62,641 bases of DNA from Desulfopila sp. (GTDB taxonomy: Bacteria > Desulfobacterota > Desulfobulbia > Desulfobulbales > Desulfocapsaceae). The first letter of the stretch is position 1, and every line of letters begins with the position of its first letter. A program made the translations under genes and the position numbers. Positions 49,907 through 58,783 of this stretch are shown here, piece by piece. The stretch spans positions 1 through 62,641 of the forward strand of contig JBHEOR010000003.1 of NCBI GenBank assembly GCA_046260685.1, in the 5' to 3' direction. Below the pieces are notes generated by a model. The model saw only the letters and a list, made by a program, of their open reading frames with translations. It had not been told where the DNA came from and searched no databases.

Positions 49907-51379
49907 TCATAGTGTACTTGAAAGAACTGCATTTTGCACTCCTGTGTTCTCCTTTTCCTGCTCGATGATATGAACACGCAGCATATTGGTGGTGCCCGCT
50001 GTATGCAAAGGGAGTCCGGCAGTTATGACAACAGTGTCACCGGTCTCCAGTAAACCATGAAGAAGTGCGGCCTTGATGCCGTTCTTGATTTCTTTGTTCA
50101 TGGTAGCACCCGACTTGCACAGCAGCGGCGTAACCCCGCGTATAAGTTGCAGCTTGCGAATACTCTTTTTCACGGAGCCAACCGCAATAATCGGTGAAGC
50201 CGGACGGTACATGGCCACTTTTCGTGCCGTTGATCCCGATGAGGTCACCGTTACAATTGCCGCCGCCAAAAGATCCGCCGCTGTTGCACAGGAAGCGTAG
50301 GCTATAGCATCGGCGACGATATCTCTATTGCGGCGCAGGCCGGCGGAGAGCATTGACTGGTAATCCAGGGCCGCCTCGGTGATTTCAGTGCATCTTGTCA
50401 GAAATTTAACCGCATCAATGGGATATTTACCCATGGCCGTTTCCCCCGAGAGCATCACGGCATCGGTACCGTCCATTACCGCGTTGGTCACATCCGAAGC
50501 CTCCGCCCTGGTGGGAGAAGGGCTCGTTATCATCGACTCCAGCATCTGGGTGGCTGTGATTATCGGCTTGCCTGCTGCATTGGCGGCCTTGATCAGCCTT
50601 TTCTGGATAACCGGAACTTCTTCTGCGGGCAGTTCCACACCGAGGTCGCCTCTGGCCACCATCAACCCATCGGAAACCTCCAGTATTTCTTCTATGTTTT
50701 TAACTCCCTGCCGGTTCTCAATTTTGGCAATGATGTCTTGACTGCCTCCATTTTCATCAAGAATGCTTCGAATAGCCTGGACATCTTCGGCTTTTCTGAT
50801 AAAGGATGCGGCAATAAAATCGACCTCTTGTTCGATGCCAAACAGTATGTCGGACCTATCCTCCTCTGACAAAGGGGGGAGATCCACATCGACACCCGGC
50901 ACAGAAACCCGTTTCCTGCTGGCCAGCAGGCCACCGACAAGTATCCTGCATAAAATGTCGTCACCTTCGACCGACTCGACACAAAGCTTTATTTTGCCGT
51001 CATCGAGAAGCACCTTGTCGCCGGCTCTGACATCCCTGGCGAGCCCCGTATGGTTAACACTGATCTGTTGGATGGAACATTTTGTAAAACGACCGCTGAT
51101 AGAGACGGTCCGGCCTTCAATCAGCATAAGCGGTTCGTCAATCTGGCCCACCCGTATTTCAGGTCCACGGGTGTCGAGGAGAATGGCGGTGTGCTTGTTG
51201 AGTTTCTTGCGTACCTTTTTGAGATTTTTAATGAGTTCACCATGGTTGCCACGGTCGCCATGGGAAAGGTTGATGCGGGCGATGTCCATCCCTGCCCTGG
51301 TCAGAGCCGCTATATCTGCGGCAGAGCACGAGCTCGGCCCCAGAGTCACCGTAATTTTTGTTTTCTTCATTCTTTTCAT
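49907..51379 (-). CDS. pyk: Pyruvate kinase
   Basis: RINLSHG, DTRGPEIR, IIAKIE, MVARGDLGVE, TATQMLESM and MLSGETA.G.YP. Confidence 0.97.
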   Translation of the reverse strand: MKRMKKTKITVTLGPSSCSAADIAALTRAGMDIARINLSHGDRGNHGELIKNLKKVRKKLNKHTAILLDTRGPEIRVGQIDEPLMLIEGRTVSISGRFTKCSIQQISVNHTGLARDVRAGDKVLLDDGKIKLCVESVEGDDILCRILVGGLLASRKRVSVPGVDVDLPPLSEEDRSDILFGIEQEVDFIAASFIRKAEDVQAIRSILDENGGSQDIIAKIENRQGVKNIEEILEVSDGLMVARGDLGVELPAEEVPVIQKRLIKAANAAGKPIITATQMLESMITSPSPTRAEASDVTNAVMDGTDAVMLSGETAMGKYPIDAVKFLTRCTEITEAALDYQSMLSAGLRRNRDIVADAIAYASCATAADLLAAAIVTVTSSGSTARKVAMYRPASPIIAVGSVKKSIRKLQLIRGVTPLLCKSGATMNKEIKNGIKAALLHGLLETGDTVVITAGLPLHTAGTTNMLRVHIIEQEKENTGVQNAVLSSTL

Positions 51380-51500
51380 ATGCCACCACTATGTTCATCA
51401 ATACGCGGATTACGGCCCTTGCAATTGCTTGCAGTTTTCGGCCGTATTGCCTGTTCAGTGCGCCCTGAGAATACAGCGTACACGCACAGCCCTAGTGTGC

Positions 51501-51528
51501 TGTTAGTTTTATATTAAGGTTATGTTAG
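51501..51528 (-). promoter_or_regulatory. Putative PhoB/PhoP-type direct repeats upstream of pyk-phoH
   Basis: Minus strand CTAACA-N5-TTAATA-N5-CTAACA. Confidence 0.55.
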
Positions 51529-51593
51529 TGGAGCAGCACCATGGATCGAAAAGAGATTTTGTTTCATTTTGGTTAGAACGGCAAAAGCTGATT

Positions 51594-51636
51594 ATAACGC
51601 AACATTTACAGAATCGTAATATGGCGGAGGTATTCT
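51594..51636 (+). promoter_or_regulatory. Putative PhoB/PhoP-type direct repeats and -10 element upstream of the plcP-like operon
   Basis: ATAACG-N5-TTTACA-N5-GTAATA-N9-TATTCT. Confidence 0.55.
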
Positions 51637-51669
51637 CTGTACAAAATCCAACAGCATAGCGAGGATGCC

Positions 51670-52485
51670 ATGACCATCAATTTTCGAAGCATCTGGATCT
51701 CTGATACCCATCTCGGCGGCAAAAACATAAAAAGCCGTCAACTTTACCAATTTTTGCAGCAAACCGACTCAGATTACCTCTATCTGGTCGGTGACATTTT
51801 CGACCTTCTTCAGCTGGCCAGGAAATGGTACTGGCCCAGCATCAACAGCCAGATCGTCAATCTTGTTCTACAAAAAGCCCAAAACGGCACCAGGGTGGTT
51901 TATATGCCGGGGAATCATGATGGGGTGCTGCGCAACTACATCGGTTCCAGATTCAACGGCATCGAGATCCTTGAAGAAACCGTACACACCGCCGTCGACG
52001 GCAGCAGATATCTTGTTCTCCACGGGGATACGTTCGACTGCATTATTCAGAAAAGTCCATGGCTGGCACGCCTGGGAGGAGTTCTCTATGACTGGCTGCT
52101 CAGCCTCAACCGCTATTACAACAGGGTTCGCCGATTTTTCGGCAAAGATTATTTTTCTATTTCCGCCTGCCTCAAGCATAAATGCAAAAAGGCTGTGAAC
52201 TATATCAGCGATTTTGAAGAAACACTTCTCGGAAAAATCAACAGGCACAAGGTTGACGGTATTGTCTGCGGCCATATTCACAATGCCGCCATCAAGCAGA
52301 TGGGAGAGTCATTATACTGCAACGCCGGAGACTGGGTGGAAAGCTGCACAGCCCTTGCGGAAAACCATAACGGTACTATGGGCATCATCAACTGGTCGGT
52401 GAAAAACCCGTTACCGGAAACACTTCCTCGACACGAGTATGAAAAAGATCGCAGTAGTGACGGATGCCTGGCACCCACAAATTAA
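51670..52485 (+). CDS. Calcineurin-like metallophosphoesterase, PlcP/LpxH2-type (probable phospholipase C)
   Basis: ISDTHLG, LVGDIFD, PGNHD (His; true LpxH has Arg), HGD.FD, CGHIH and N.GDWVESCTAL.E; overlaps a GT4 gene. Confidence 0.85.
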   Translation: MTINFRSIWISDTHLGGKNIKSRQLYQFLQQTDSDYLYLVGDIFDLLQLARKWYWPSINSQIVNLVLQKAQNGTRVVYMPGNHDGVLRNYIGSRFNGIEILEETVHTAVDGSRYLVLHGDTFDCIIQKSPWLARLGGVLYDWLLSLNRYYNRVRRFFGKDYFSISACLKHKCKKAVNYISDFEETLLGKINRHKVDGIVCGHIHNAAIKQMGESLYCNAGDWVESCTALAENHNGTMGIINWSVKNPLPETLPRHEYEKDRSSDGCLAPTN

Positions 52486-53467
52486 CGGGGTTGTTACCAC
52501 GCTGGGCAGAACCATAGCCGATCTTGAAACCTTTGGCTACCAGGTGGAAGCAATCACTCCTCGGCTGTTTCGCTCATTGCCCTGCCCGACCTATCCGGAG
52601 ATCTCGCTGTCCGTCGCCGGAGCCGGGGCTGTGAAACAAAAGCTTCTCTTTTTTGATCCTCACTGCATCCATGTTGCCACTGAAGGGCCCCTCGGCTGGG
52701 CGGCCAGGTCAGTATGCAGGAAGAAATCCTTTGCCTTCAGCACCTCATACCACACCAGATTTCCAGAATATATGCGTATGCGCCTGCCGATACCGCCGGC
52801 ATTGAGCTACGCTCTTCTGCGCAGATTCCATCGCGCCGCCGGCACAACCATGGTTGCCACATCGGCCTTGAGGGACGAATTACGGAATCGCGGATTTTCC
52901 AACCTGGCACTGTGGTCACGCGGCGTCGACACAGAAGTCTTCAGGCCCCAAGCGCGCAGCGCTTTACATGTGCTCAGACCCGTTTTTATCTATGTCGGTA
53001 GAGTGGCGGTGGAGAAAAATATTGAAACATTTCTCAAACTGAATATTCCCGGTACAAAATGTGTTGTCGGTGACGGACCCGCCCTTGAAAATCTGCGCAC
53101 CAAATACCCCGAGGTTCTGTTCACCGGATACAAACAGGGCACGGAGCTTGCCGCACTGTTTGCCTCCGCCGATGTCTTTGTTTTCCCAAGCCTTACCGAT
53201 ACATTTGGAGTCGTGCTCCTGGAAGCCATGGCATCCGGTGTCCCGGTTGCCGCCTATCCGGTAACAGGGCCCGTTGAAACAGTGCGCAACGGCATCAACG
53301 GCTACCTGGACAACGATCTGCGCAAAGCCGCACTACAGGCACTGGAGGTTTCTCCTCAATCGTGCAGAAAGTTTGCCATGAACTGGTCGTGGAAGGCCTG
53401 CAGCAAGCAGTTTCTCAACAACCTTATACTGCACGATAAACCGTTATCCAGCCACGAGGAGACTTAG
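52439..53467 (+). CDS. GT4 glycosyltransferase (Agt/SqdX-like glycolipid synthase)
   Basis: VTDAWHPQINGVVTT, ATEGPLG, YHTRFPEY, WSRGVD, GRVAVEKNI and FPSLTDTFGVVLLEAMASG. Confidence 0.88.
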   Translation: MKKIAVVTDAWHPQINGVVTTLGRTIADLETFGYQVEAITPRLFRSLPCPTYPEISLSVAGAGAVKQKLLFFDPHCIHVATEGPLGWAARSVCRKKSFAFSTSYHTRFPEYMRMRLPIPPALSYALLRRFHRAAGTTMVATSALRDELRNRGFSNLALWSRGVDTEVFRPQARSALHVLRPVFIYVGRVAVEKNIETFLKLNIPGTKCVVGDGPALENLRTKYPEVLFTGYKQGTELAALFASADVFVFPSLTDTFGVVLLEAMASGVPVAAYPVTGPVETVRNGINGYLDNDLRKAALQALEVSPQSCRKFAMNWSWKACSKQFLNNLILHDKPLSSHEET

Positions 53468-53498
53468 CGACGTGTTCTTCCATACACCCAATATACAG

Positions 53499-55838
53499 AT
53501 GACAAACAGACGACAAACAGGCAAGGAACAGCCTACGGTAGAAGGCAAGGCCGTCCGCTTTCTTCACGGAGATACAGCAAAAACCATTGAACCCTTTATC
53601 GGGTCCGACACCACCGTCGGTATGGAGTACGAGCTGCAGGTTGCCGTTGAGGGCAAACACACACATGTCGATCTGCCGCTTTCAATCGCGAATTCCAGCT
53701 ATTATAAAAATGTTCTCAAGCGTTCGGAAACAGGAGATATTTCTTCTGAATTAGTAGAAGGGCTGGAAAATTTTCTCTACAAAAATACCACAAACGTCTG
53801 GGAAAACAGCTGGGTACGGCTCCCTCAAGACAAACTTGCTCCGTGGACCCAGCAGATACTGGCGCATGACTTTCTCGCCGATAAAAGCGATCCGGGGGCC
53901 GGCAAACGCGGCGACCTCCATCGCTTCTTTTGTCACCACAACGGCGAGCAACAACTGCGTCTTCCCATAAGCTATTTGCTCAAACTGGCCCTGGCGGATA
54001 TAAGCGGTGGTGACATGCCCAGACCATATGGCGACACAGGCAAAAAACTGCTGGATAACCTGGTAAGCGACAATACCTCGCCGGAAATACTCAGTTTCAC
54101 CATCCCCCGCGCCACCAACGACTCCATCGGCAAACTCGCCGCGGCCGAGACAGCACGGACACTACTGTTCACCCAACTGCTGGTGCAGTATGCCAACACA
54201 ACATTCGACCTGCGGGACTCGGGCCAGAAAGGCCTCATCTACTTTGCCCCGCACGCCCCATCCCGGCAGAAACTGCTTAACGATCTGGTACCGGATGGCT
54301 ATTACCGCCATCTCTTCATGAGCCCCTGCCTGTCCGGCTGGGACAGGGGAGAAGAAAAGCACCATTACATGGGAGTGTGCCACAGGACTCTTTCCAGAAG
54401 CCAGCTCAATACCATCGGCAAGCTTAAAGACGCCGGTATCCTGACCAATAATCTGGTAACACTGCCCAATACCTCAAACACCTGTCTTGCCAACAACGGC
54501 ACCCATGTTTCACTGGGCAGCCGGGTTTTGACATCGCTTGCCGAAGATCCATCTTCGGGCTTTACCCCGGATGTAGAAAAATACATCGGTGATCTCGCCA
54601 TTAAAATCATAGAACATTTTCTTCCGCTTTTCGTCAACACCTATAGCGCTGCACCATATCGAATAGATTTCCAGGACTTTCATCCGGAAAATGTGCTTGG
54701 CTTCCTGCCCCATGAGCTGGACTATACCCATCTGCGCATGGTGTGGCGGCGCTGGAAAAAGAAGGCCAAAATCAGCTTTCTTGGTCGCTCCTTCACGCCA
54801 TTCGGGCCACGCTGGTTCGATGCTCTTTTTGCCAGGGTGTTTGGCCTACGTGGTGATCTGGTGCCCGACTTTCGGCTCGTCGATTATCTTGTATCGCTGC
54901 TGTCCACGGAAACCAGCCCAGGCCTGAACGGTATGATGGACAATCATTTTCAGCTCAAGGAAGAACTGACGGAAATGGGCGTTTTTGACAGCCGCATGTC
55001 CATCTACCTCCTCTACCGCCAGCGGCTCAAGGCGGCATCCGGATACGCCGGTTTTGAGGGGCGCAGCTATTCGCTTTTCCATTCACTGCGGGACGATATG
55101 GCCGAGGCGGTGGATATGCAGAACCTTATCACCGCCCTTGCCTATAAATACATCCTTCAGGAGAAAATCCGCCATAACGATATACCGGATACGCCTTCAA
55201 CGGAAAGTGAACGGCGCCAGATATTCTTTGCCAGTGCCATTGGTATTCCCACCTTTTACATCCGCGCCGACAGCGACAATGGTTTTCTCCGGAAAATCCT
55301 GGAGCATGTCAACTCAATACGGCGTTCGAACCGCTACCGCGGCTATCTTCGCGTCAACAGCAACGACTATAAACTGGCGCTGCTGCAAGTTCTTCGACAA
55401 GACGGTGGACGTTTGGTCACCACCTCAAAGATAGAAGATGGACTGGATGCACTGGAAAACCGTCTCAGAGGGCGCACGCCATCGGCACTCAACAAAATTC
55501 TGCAGGGCGTGGGCAAGCAACTGCCCCACCACCGCAAGCCCCTCAATGTTGCAGCGCATGACTTTAATGCAACAACGGAAAAATATTATCGCGGCGAACT
55601 CAAAAAACATCACATGGAAGAAGGCCTGGATGTCCTGCTGCAGGATTGTCGGGATCTGGCACAAAAAAGCGATGTCGACTGCCGCACATTAGCAGATTTG
55701 CCCGCTGGAATAGATGCAGAAGAATTTATCGCCCGGCATCGCCAATCGATACCGGCAGAAACAGCGGATAGCGCAACTTTGCGAAAATTATTGCATATAT
55801 GTCTGGTGGTGATTCATCATCAGCAACTTCAGAACTGA
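53499..55838 (+). CDS. Uncharacterised ~780-aa protein, putative glutamate-cysteine-ligase/GS-fold carboxylate-amine ligase
   Basis: Long ORF within the operon. TVGMEYELQV, NNGTHVSLG and GFEGR match the order of the GxExE, GxHxxxG and ExR motifs. The function is inferred. Confidence 0.7.
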   Translation: MTNRRQTGKEQPTVEGKAVRFLHGDTAKTIEPFIGSDTTVGMEYELQVAVEGKHTHVDLPLSIANSSYYKNVLKRSETGDISSELVEGLENFLYKNTTNVWENSWVRLPQDKLAPWTQQILAHDFLADKSDPGAGKRGDLHRFFCHHNGEQQLRLPISYLLKLALADISGGDMPRPYGDTGKKLLDNLVSDNTSPEILSFTIPRATNDSIGKLAAAETARTLLFTQLLVQYANTTFDLRDSGQKGLIYFAPHAPSRQKLLNDLVPDGYYRHLFMSPCLSGWDRGEEKHHYMGVCHRTLSRSQLNTIGKLKDAGILTNNLVTLPNTSNTCLANNGTHVSLGSRVLTSLAEDPSSGFTPDVEKYIGDLAIKIIEHFLPLFVNTYSAAPYRIDFQDFHPENVLGFLPHELDYTHLRMVWRRWKKKAKISFLGRSFTPFGPRWFDALFARVFGLRGDLVPDFRLVDYLVSLLSTETSPGLNGMMDNHFQLKEELTEMGVFDSRMSIYLLYRQRLKAASGYAGFEGRSYSLFHSLRDDMAEAVDMQNLITALAYKYILQEKIRHNDIPDTPSTESERRQIFFASAIGIPTFYIRADSDNGFLRKILEHVNSIRRSNRYRGYLRVNSNDYKLALLQVLRQDGGRLVTTSKIEDGLDALENRLRGRTPSALNKILQGVGKQLPHHRKPLNVAAHDFNATTEKYYRGELKKHHMEEGLDVLLQDCRDLAQKSDVDCRTLADLPAGIDAEEFIARHRQSIPAETADSATLRKLLHICLVVIHHQQLQN

Positions 55839-55846
55839 GCGCCACC

Positions 55847-56854
55847 ATGGATAGACCAGTATATCAGCACCAATATGTGGACAGAGCAACACTGCAGGTC
55901 ATTAACGAACGACTGATTGCCGACCGCAGCGTCAATTTCCTCTACAACAATCTGCGCGAGAGCGCGCCTGCCATGTTCAATGCCCTTACTTCGCGCAGAA
56001 TGTCCAGTCTTTTAGGGTTCATGCACTACGACCTTGGTACCGGACGCAGCAAAAGCCCCCTGCGACTCTTTGAAGCACTTAACGCCGACTGGCGTGAATG
56101 TGTCGAGCCTTTATCATATTACACCACTCAGCGCCGGGTCTTCGAGCGCCGCATTCGCTACTGGCAGACCCGGCCCATGGAAAAGCAGACGGACACGGTT
56201 GTATCACCTGCCGACTCGCGTGTCCTCATCGGCAGCTTCGCCAACGCCTCCAGCGTCTTTATAAAAAGCAAATTCTTTGAAATTCGTGAGCTGCTGGGTA
56301 TCGACTGCCCCTGGTATCCCCGATTTTTCGGCGGCGATTACGCCATATTCCGGCTTACACCGGATAAATACCACTACAATCATGTACCGATAAGCGGCAA
56401 AGTTGTTGACTTCTATACCGTTGACGGCCGCTATCACTCGTGCAACCCCATTGCCCAGGTTGCCATAGCCTCCGTTTACTCCAAAAACAGAAGAGTTGTC
56501 ACACTCATCGACACCGATATCGAAGGCGGCTCAAACATCGGCATGGTCGCCATGGTGGAGATAGTTGCCCTGATGATCGGCGATATCGTCCAATGTTACA
56601 GTGAAGAAAAATATGACAACCCCAGAGACGTGGAAAAAGGCATGTTCCTCCGCAGAGGCTGTCCCAAGAGCCTGTTCAGGCCGGGAAGCTCAACGGTTGC
56701 GCTGCTCTTTCAACCCAACAGAATAGACTTCTGCGAAGATCTCATTCGAAATTCCTGCCGACACGACGTCAACAGCCGCTTCACCCGGAGATTTGGAAAA
56801 CCACTGGTGGAAACCGATATCAAAGTACGCTCAAACATCGCCCGACGAAAATAA
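55847..56854 (+). CDS. Phosphatidylserine decarboxylase-family proenzyme
   Basis: SPADSR (Asp), RLTPDKYHYNH (His), N.RV and the pyruvoyl-forming cleavage motif FRPGSSTV. Confidence 0.88.
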   Translation: MDRPVYQHQYVDRATLQVINERLIADRSVNFLYNNLRESAPAMFNALTSRRMSSLLGFMHYDLGTGRSKSPLRLFEALNADWRECVEPLSYYTTQRRVFERRIRYWQTRPMEKQTDTVVSPADSRVLIGSFANASSVFIKSKFFEIRELLGIDCPWYPRFFGGDYAIFRLTPDKYHYNHVPISGKVVDFYTVDGRYHSCNPIAQVAIASVYSKNRRVVTLIDTDIEGGSNIGMVAMVEIVALMIGDIVQCYSEEKYDNPRDVEKGMFLRRGCPKSLFRPGSSTVALLFQPNRIDFCEDLIRNSCRHDVNSRFTRRFGKPLVETDIKVRSNIARRK

Positions 56855-56885
56855 TTACAACCATTCTATGAGGAAGGAGAAAATC

Positions 56886-57938
56886 ATGCATGACATCTTT
56901 TTTTTAACAGGCTTTGGTCTCTTGCTCATGGCGCTTCTCGCCTGGGCCTTCAAGCACCTTCCCGGCGAGAGATGGCAGATGCTGGCCGTGGTGCCGTTGC
57001 GCAAGAATGAAGCCAACGTCTGGCACGGCACCAACCTCACCTACTACGGATTTTTCATCGCCACAAGCCAGCTCCTCTCCTTTGCTCTGCTGCTCATCCT
57101 TTTGCAGGCAATCCATGTCACCATTTCAGGAGCCATCCTGGCAACCCTGGTGGTCCTGGCATTCTGCCTGCCGGCTGCCCGGCTGGTGGCCATTATTGTC
57201 GAGAAAAAGCGCCACACCTTTACCATCGGCGGCGCCTCCTTTGTCGGCGTAATCATTGCTCCATGGGCCATTTTTGCCACCAGCCGCGTGATGGCAAGTT
57301 ATACCGAAACCCACATGCCCATGATCCCCCTGCTTGCAGCCCTGTCCATCGCCTATACATTAGGAGAAGGCCTGGGCAGACTTGGCTGTATCAGCTATGG
57401 CTGCTGCTACGGCAAACCGATACAAGACTCCGGCAGGCTGCTCCGCTTTGTTTTTGCTAAAATCAATTTCATCTTTGACGGCGACAACAAAAAGGTTTCC
57501 TACGAAGCCCAGCTCAACGGCAAAAAACTCATTCCCATCCAGGCAATTACCTGCGTCCTGTATACCTGCGGCGCGCTTGTGGGCGCCTGGCTCTTTCTCC
57601 AGGGGAGCTTCACCGAGGCGCTGCTGCTCACCATGATGCTCACCCAACTATGGCGTATTTTCTCCGAAACACTGCGGGCCGACTTTCGCGGGTTCAGCAA
57701 GATATCGACCTACCAGAAAATGGGAGTTATCAGCGTTCTCTATATCGTGGGCATCAGCTTCGCCGTGCCTGTCCCCCAAATAGAGGAACCAAGCATAACA
57801 CAGGGAATCAAGATTTTATGGAATCCCGGGGTCATTATCGGACTCCAGCTGCTCTGGGCAATATTTTTCTATACCTTCGGCAGAAGCACGGTGACATCTT
57901 CGCAAGTTTCCTTCGCCTTGATTCGGGAAAATATTTGA
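56886..57938 (+). CDS. Divergent Lgt-like (diacylglyceryl transferase family) membrane protein
   Basis: TYYG, GG, GRLGCISYGCCYG, P.Q and R...E..R.D motifs; many TM helices; AAGGAG RBS before ATG 56886. Confidence 0.8.
   Translation: MHDIFFLTGFGLLLMALLAWAFKHLPGERWQMLAVVPLRKNEANVWHGTNLTYYGFFIATSQLLSFALLLILLQAIHVTISGAILATLVVLAFCLPAARLVAIIVEKKRHTFTIGGASFVGVIIAPWAIFATSRVMASYTETHMPMIPLLAALSIAYTLGEGLGRLGCISYGCCYGKPIQDSGRLLRFVFAKINFIFDGDNKKVSYEAQLNGKKLIPIQAITCVLYTCGALVGAWLFLQGSFTEALLLTMMLTQLWRIFSETLRADFRGFSKISTYQKMGVISVLYIVGISFAVPVPQIEEPSITQGIKILWNPGVIIGLQLLWAIFFYTFGRSTVTSSQVSFALIRENI
57219..57270 (+). repeat. 52-bp direct repeat, copy A (inside the Lgt-like gene)
   Basis: 49 of 52 positions identical to 59386-59437. 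Confidence 0.9.
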
Positions 57939-57987
57939 GGATATCTTGACAGGGAACTGCTTATTTAGACATTGCTAATGAAGTCAA

Positions 57988-58026
57988 GGAGTCGCTCAAA
58001 AACACCTTGGCATCTTGAGCGGTCCC
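57988..58026. repeat. Degenerate copy of the 52-bp palindromic element
   Basis: GGAGTCGCTCAAAAA...TTGAGCGGTCCC|TAA between convergent genes. Confidence 0.55.
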
Positions 58027-58138
58027 TAAGAACGAAGAGTCGCGATGACTCGCTTGACATTGGTGAAGTTGAGTACACCATACACAAAAGACATGAGGAA
58101 AAGAATCCGCCTGCTGCCGACCGGCAGCCCGATAATCA

Positions 58139-58435
58139 TCATGCCTGGTACAGTGTGTCTGCTATATCCGCATAGGAGCAGTCTATATCGTGCGCCGAAA
58201 GAAGGTCTCGAATTTCCAGTATTTCTCGAGGAGCAGTAATACCTATTGCAGCCCCTGATTGCTGTTCATAAACCTCGATCCCCCGTGAACGTATAATATC
58301 AAGTGCGTCTTGGTAGTGGTCAACGATAAAGCCCATGAGGGAATAATCTTCCATGTAGTTACTGGGTAATCCTGCTTGATCCAGGTATGCCCCACGGTCC
58401 ATGGGGTTTTGTGATACAAGTGCTATTCGTGTCAT
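58139..58435 (-). CDS. Hypothetical protein (98 aa)
   Basis: ATG preceded by GAGGACGGAAG; protein-like composition ending IADTLYQA. Confidence 0.7.
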   Translation of the reverse strand: MTRIALVSQNPMDRGAYLDQAGLPSNYMEDYSLMGFIVDHYQDALDIIRSRGIEVYEQQSGAAIGITAPREILEIRDLLSAHDIDCSYADIADTLYQA

Positions 58436-58783
58436 CTTCCGTCCTCTCTATTAATGGCCGTTGACCTTACAATAAACCATTTATAAAGAAATGGAGAGGG
58501 TATTACATGATTTTTTAGATGGTCAGACTGAGATATTCTTCCTGAATCTCTTATTTCCAATGAATGGATTGCTAAACCAACTGGACAACTGGAAATATAC
58601 TTTCACAGATACATTCACTTCATCCTGTTGTACTCCAGTCTCCGAGTTTTTGTGGTGTATCCTTCTCTGCAAAAATGCTTACTGTCTTGCTCATCTAAAG
58701 ACAAGTCTTATAACGTAACTACTTCCTGGCTGCTGGTTTTACCAGTCTAAACAGGCAAGTTTCAGATTAATCAGGAGTGTGAG

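Noticed and set aside
51670-52485. Annotation as lipid A enzyme LpxH
   Set aside because: It has GNHD rather than GNRD and is paired with a GT4, which fits the PlcP/LpxH2 group.
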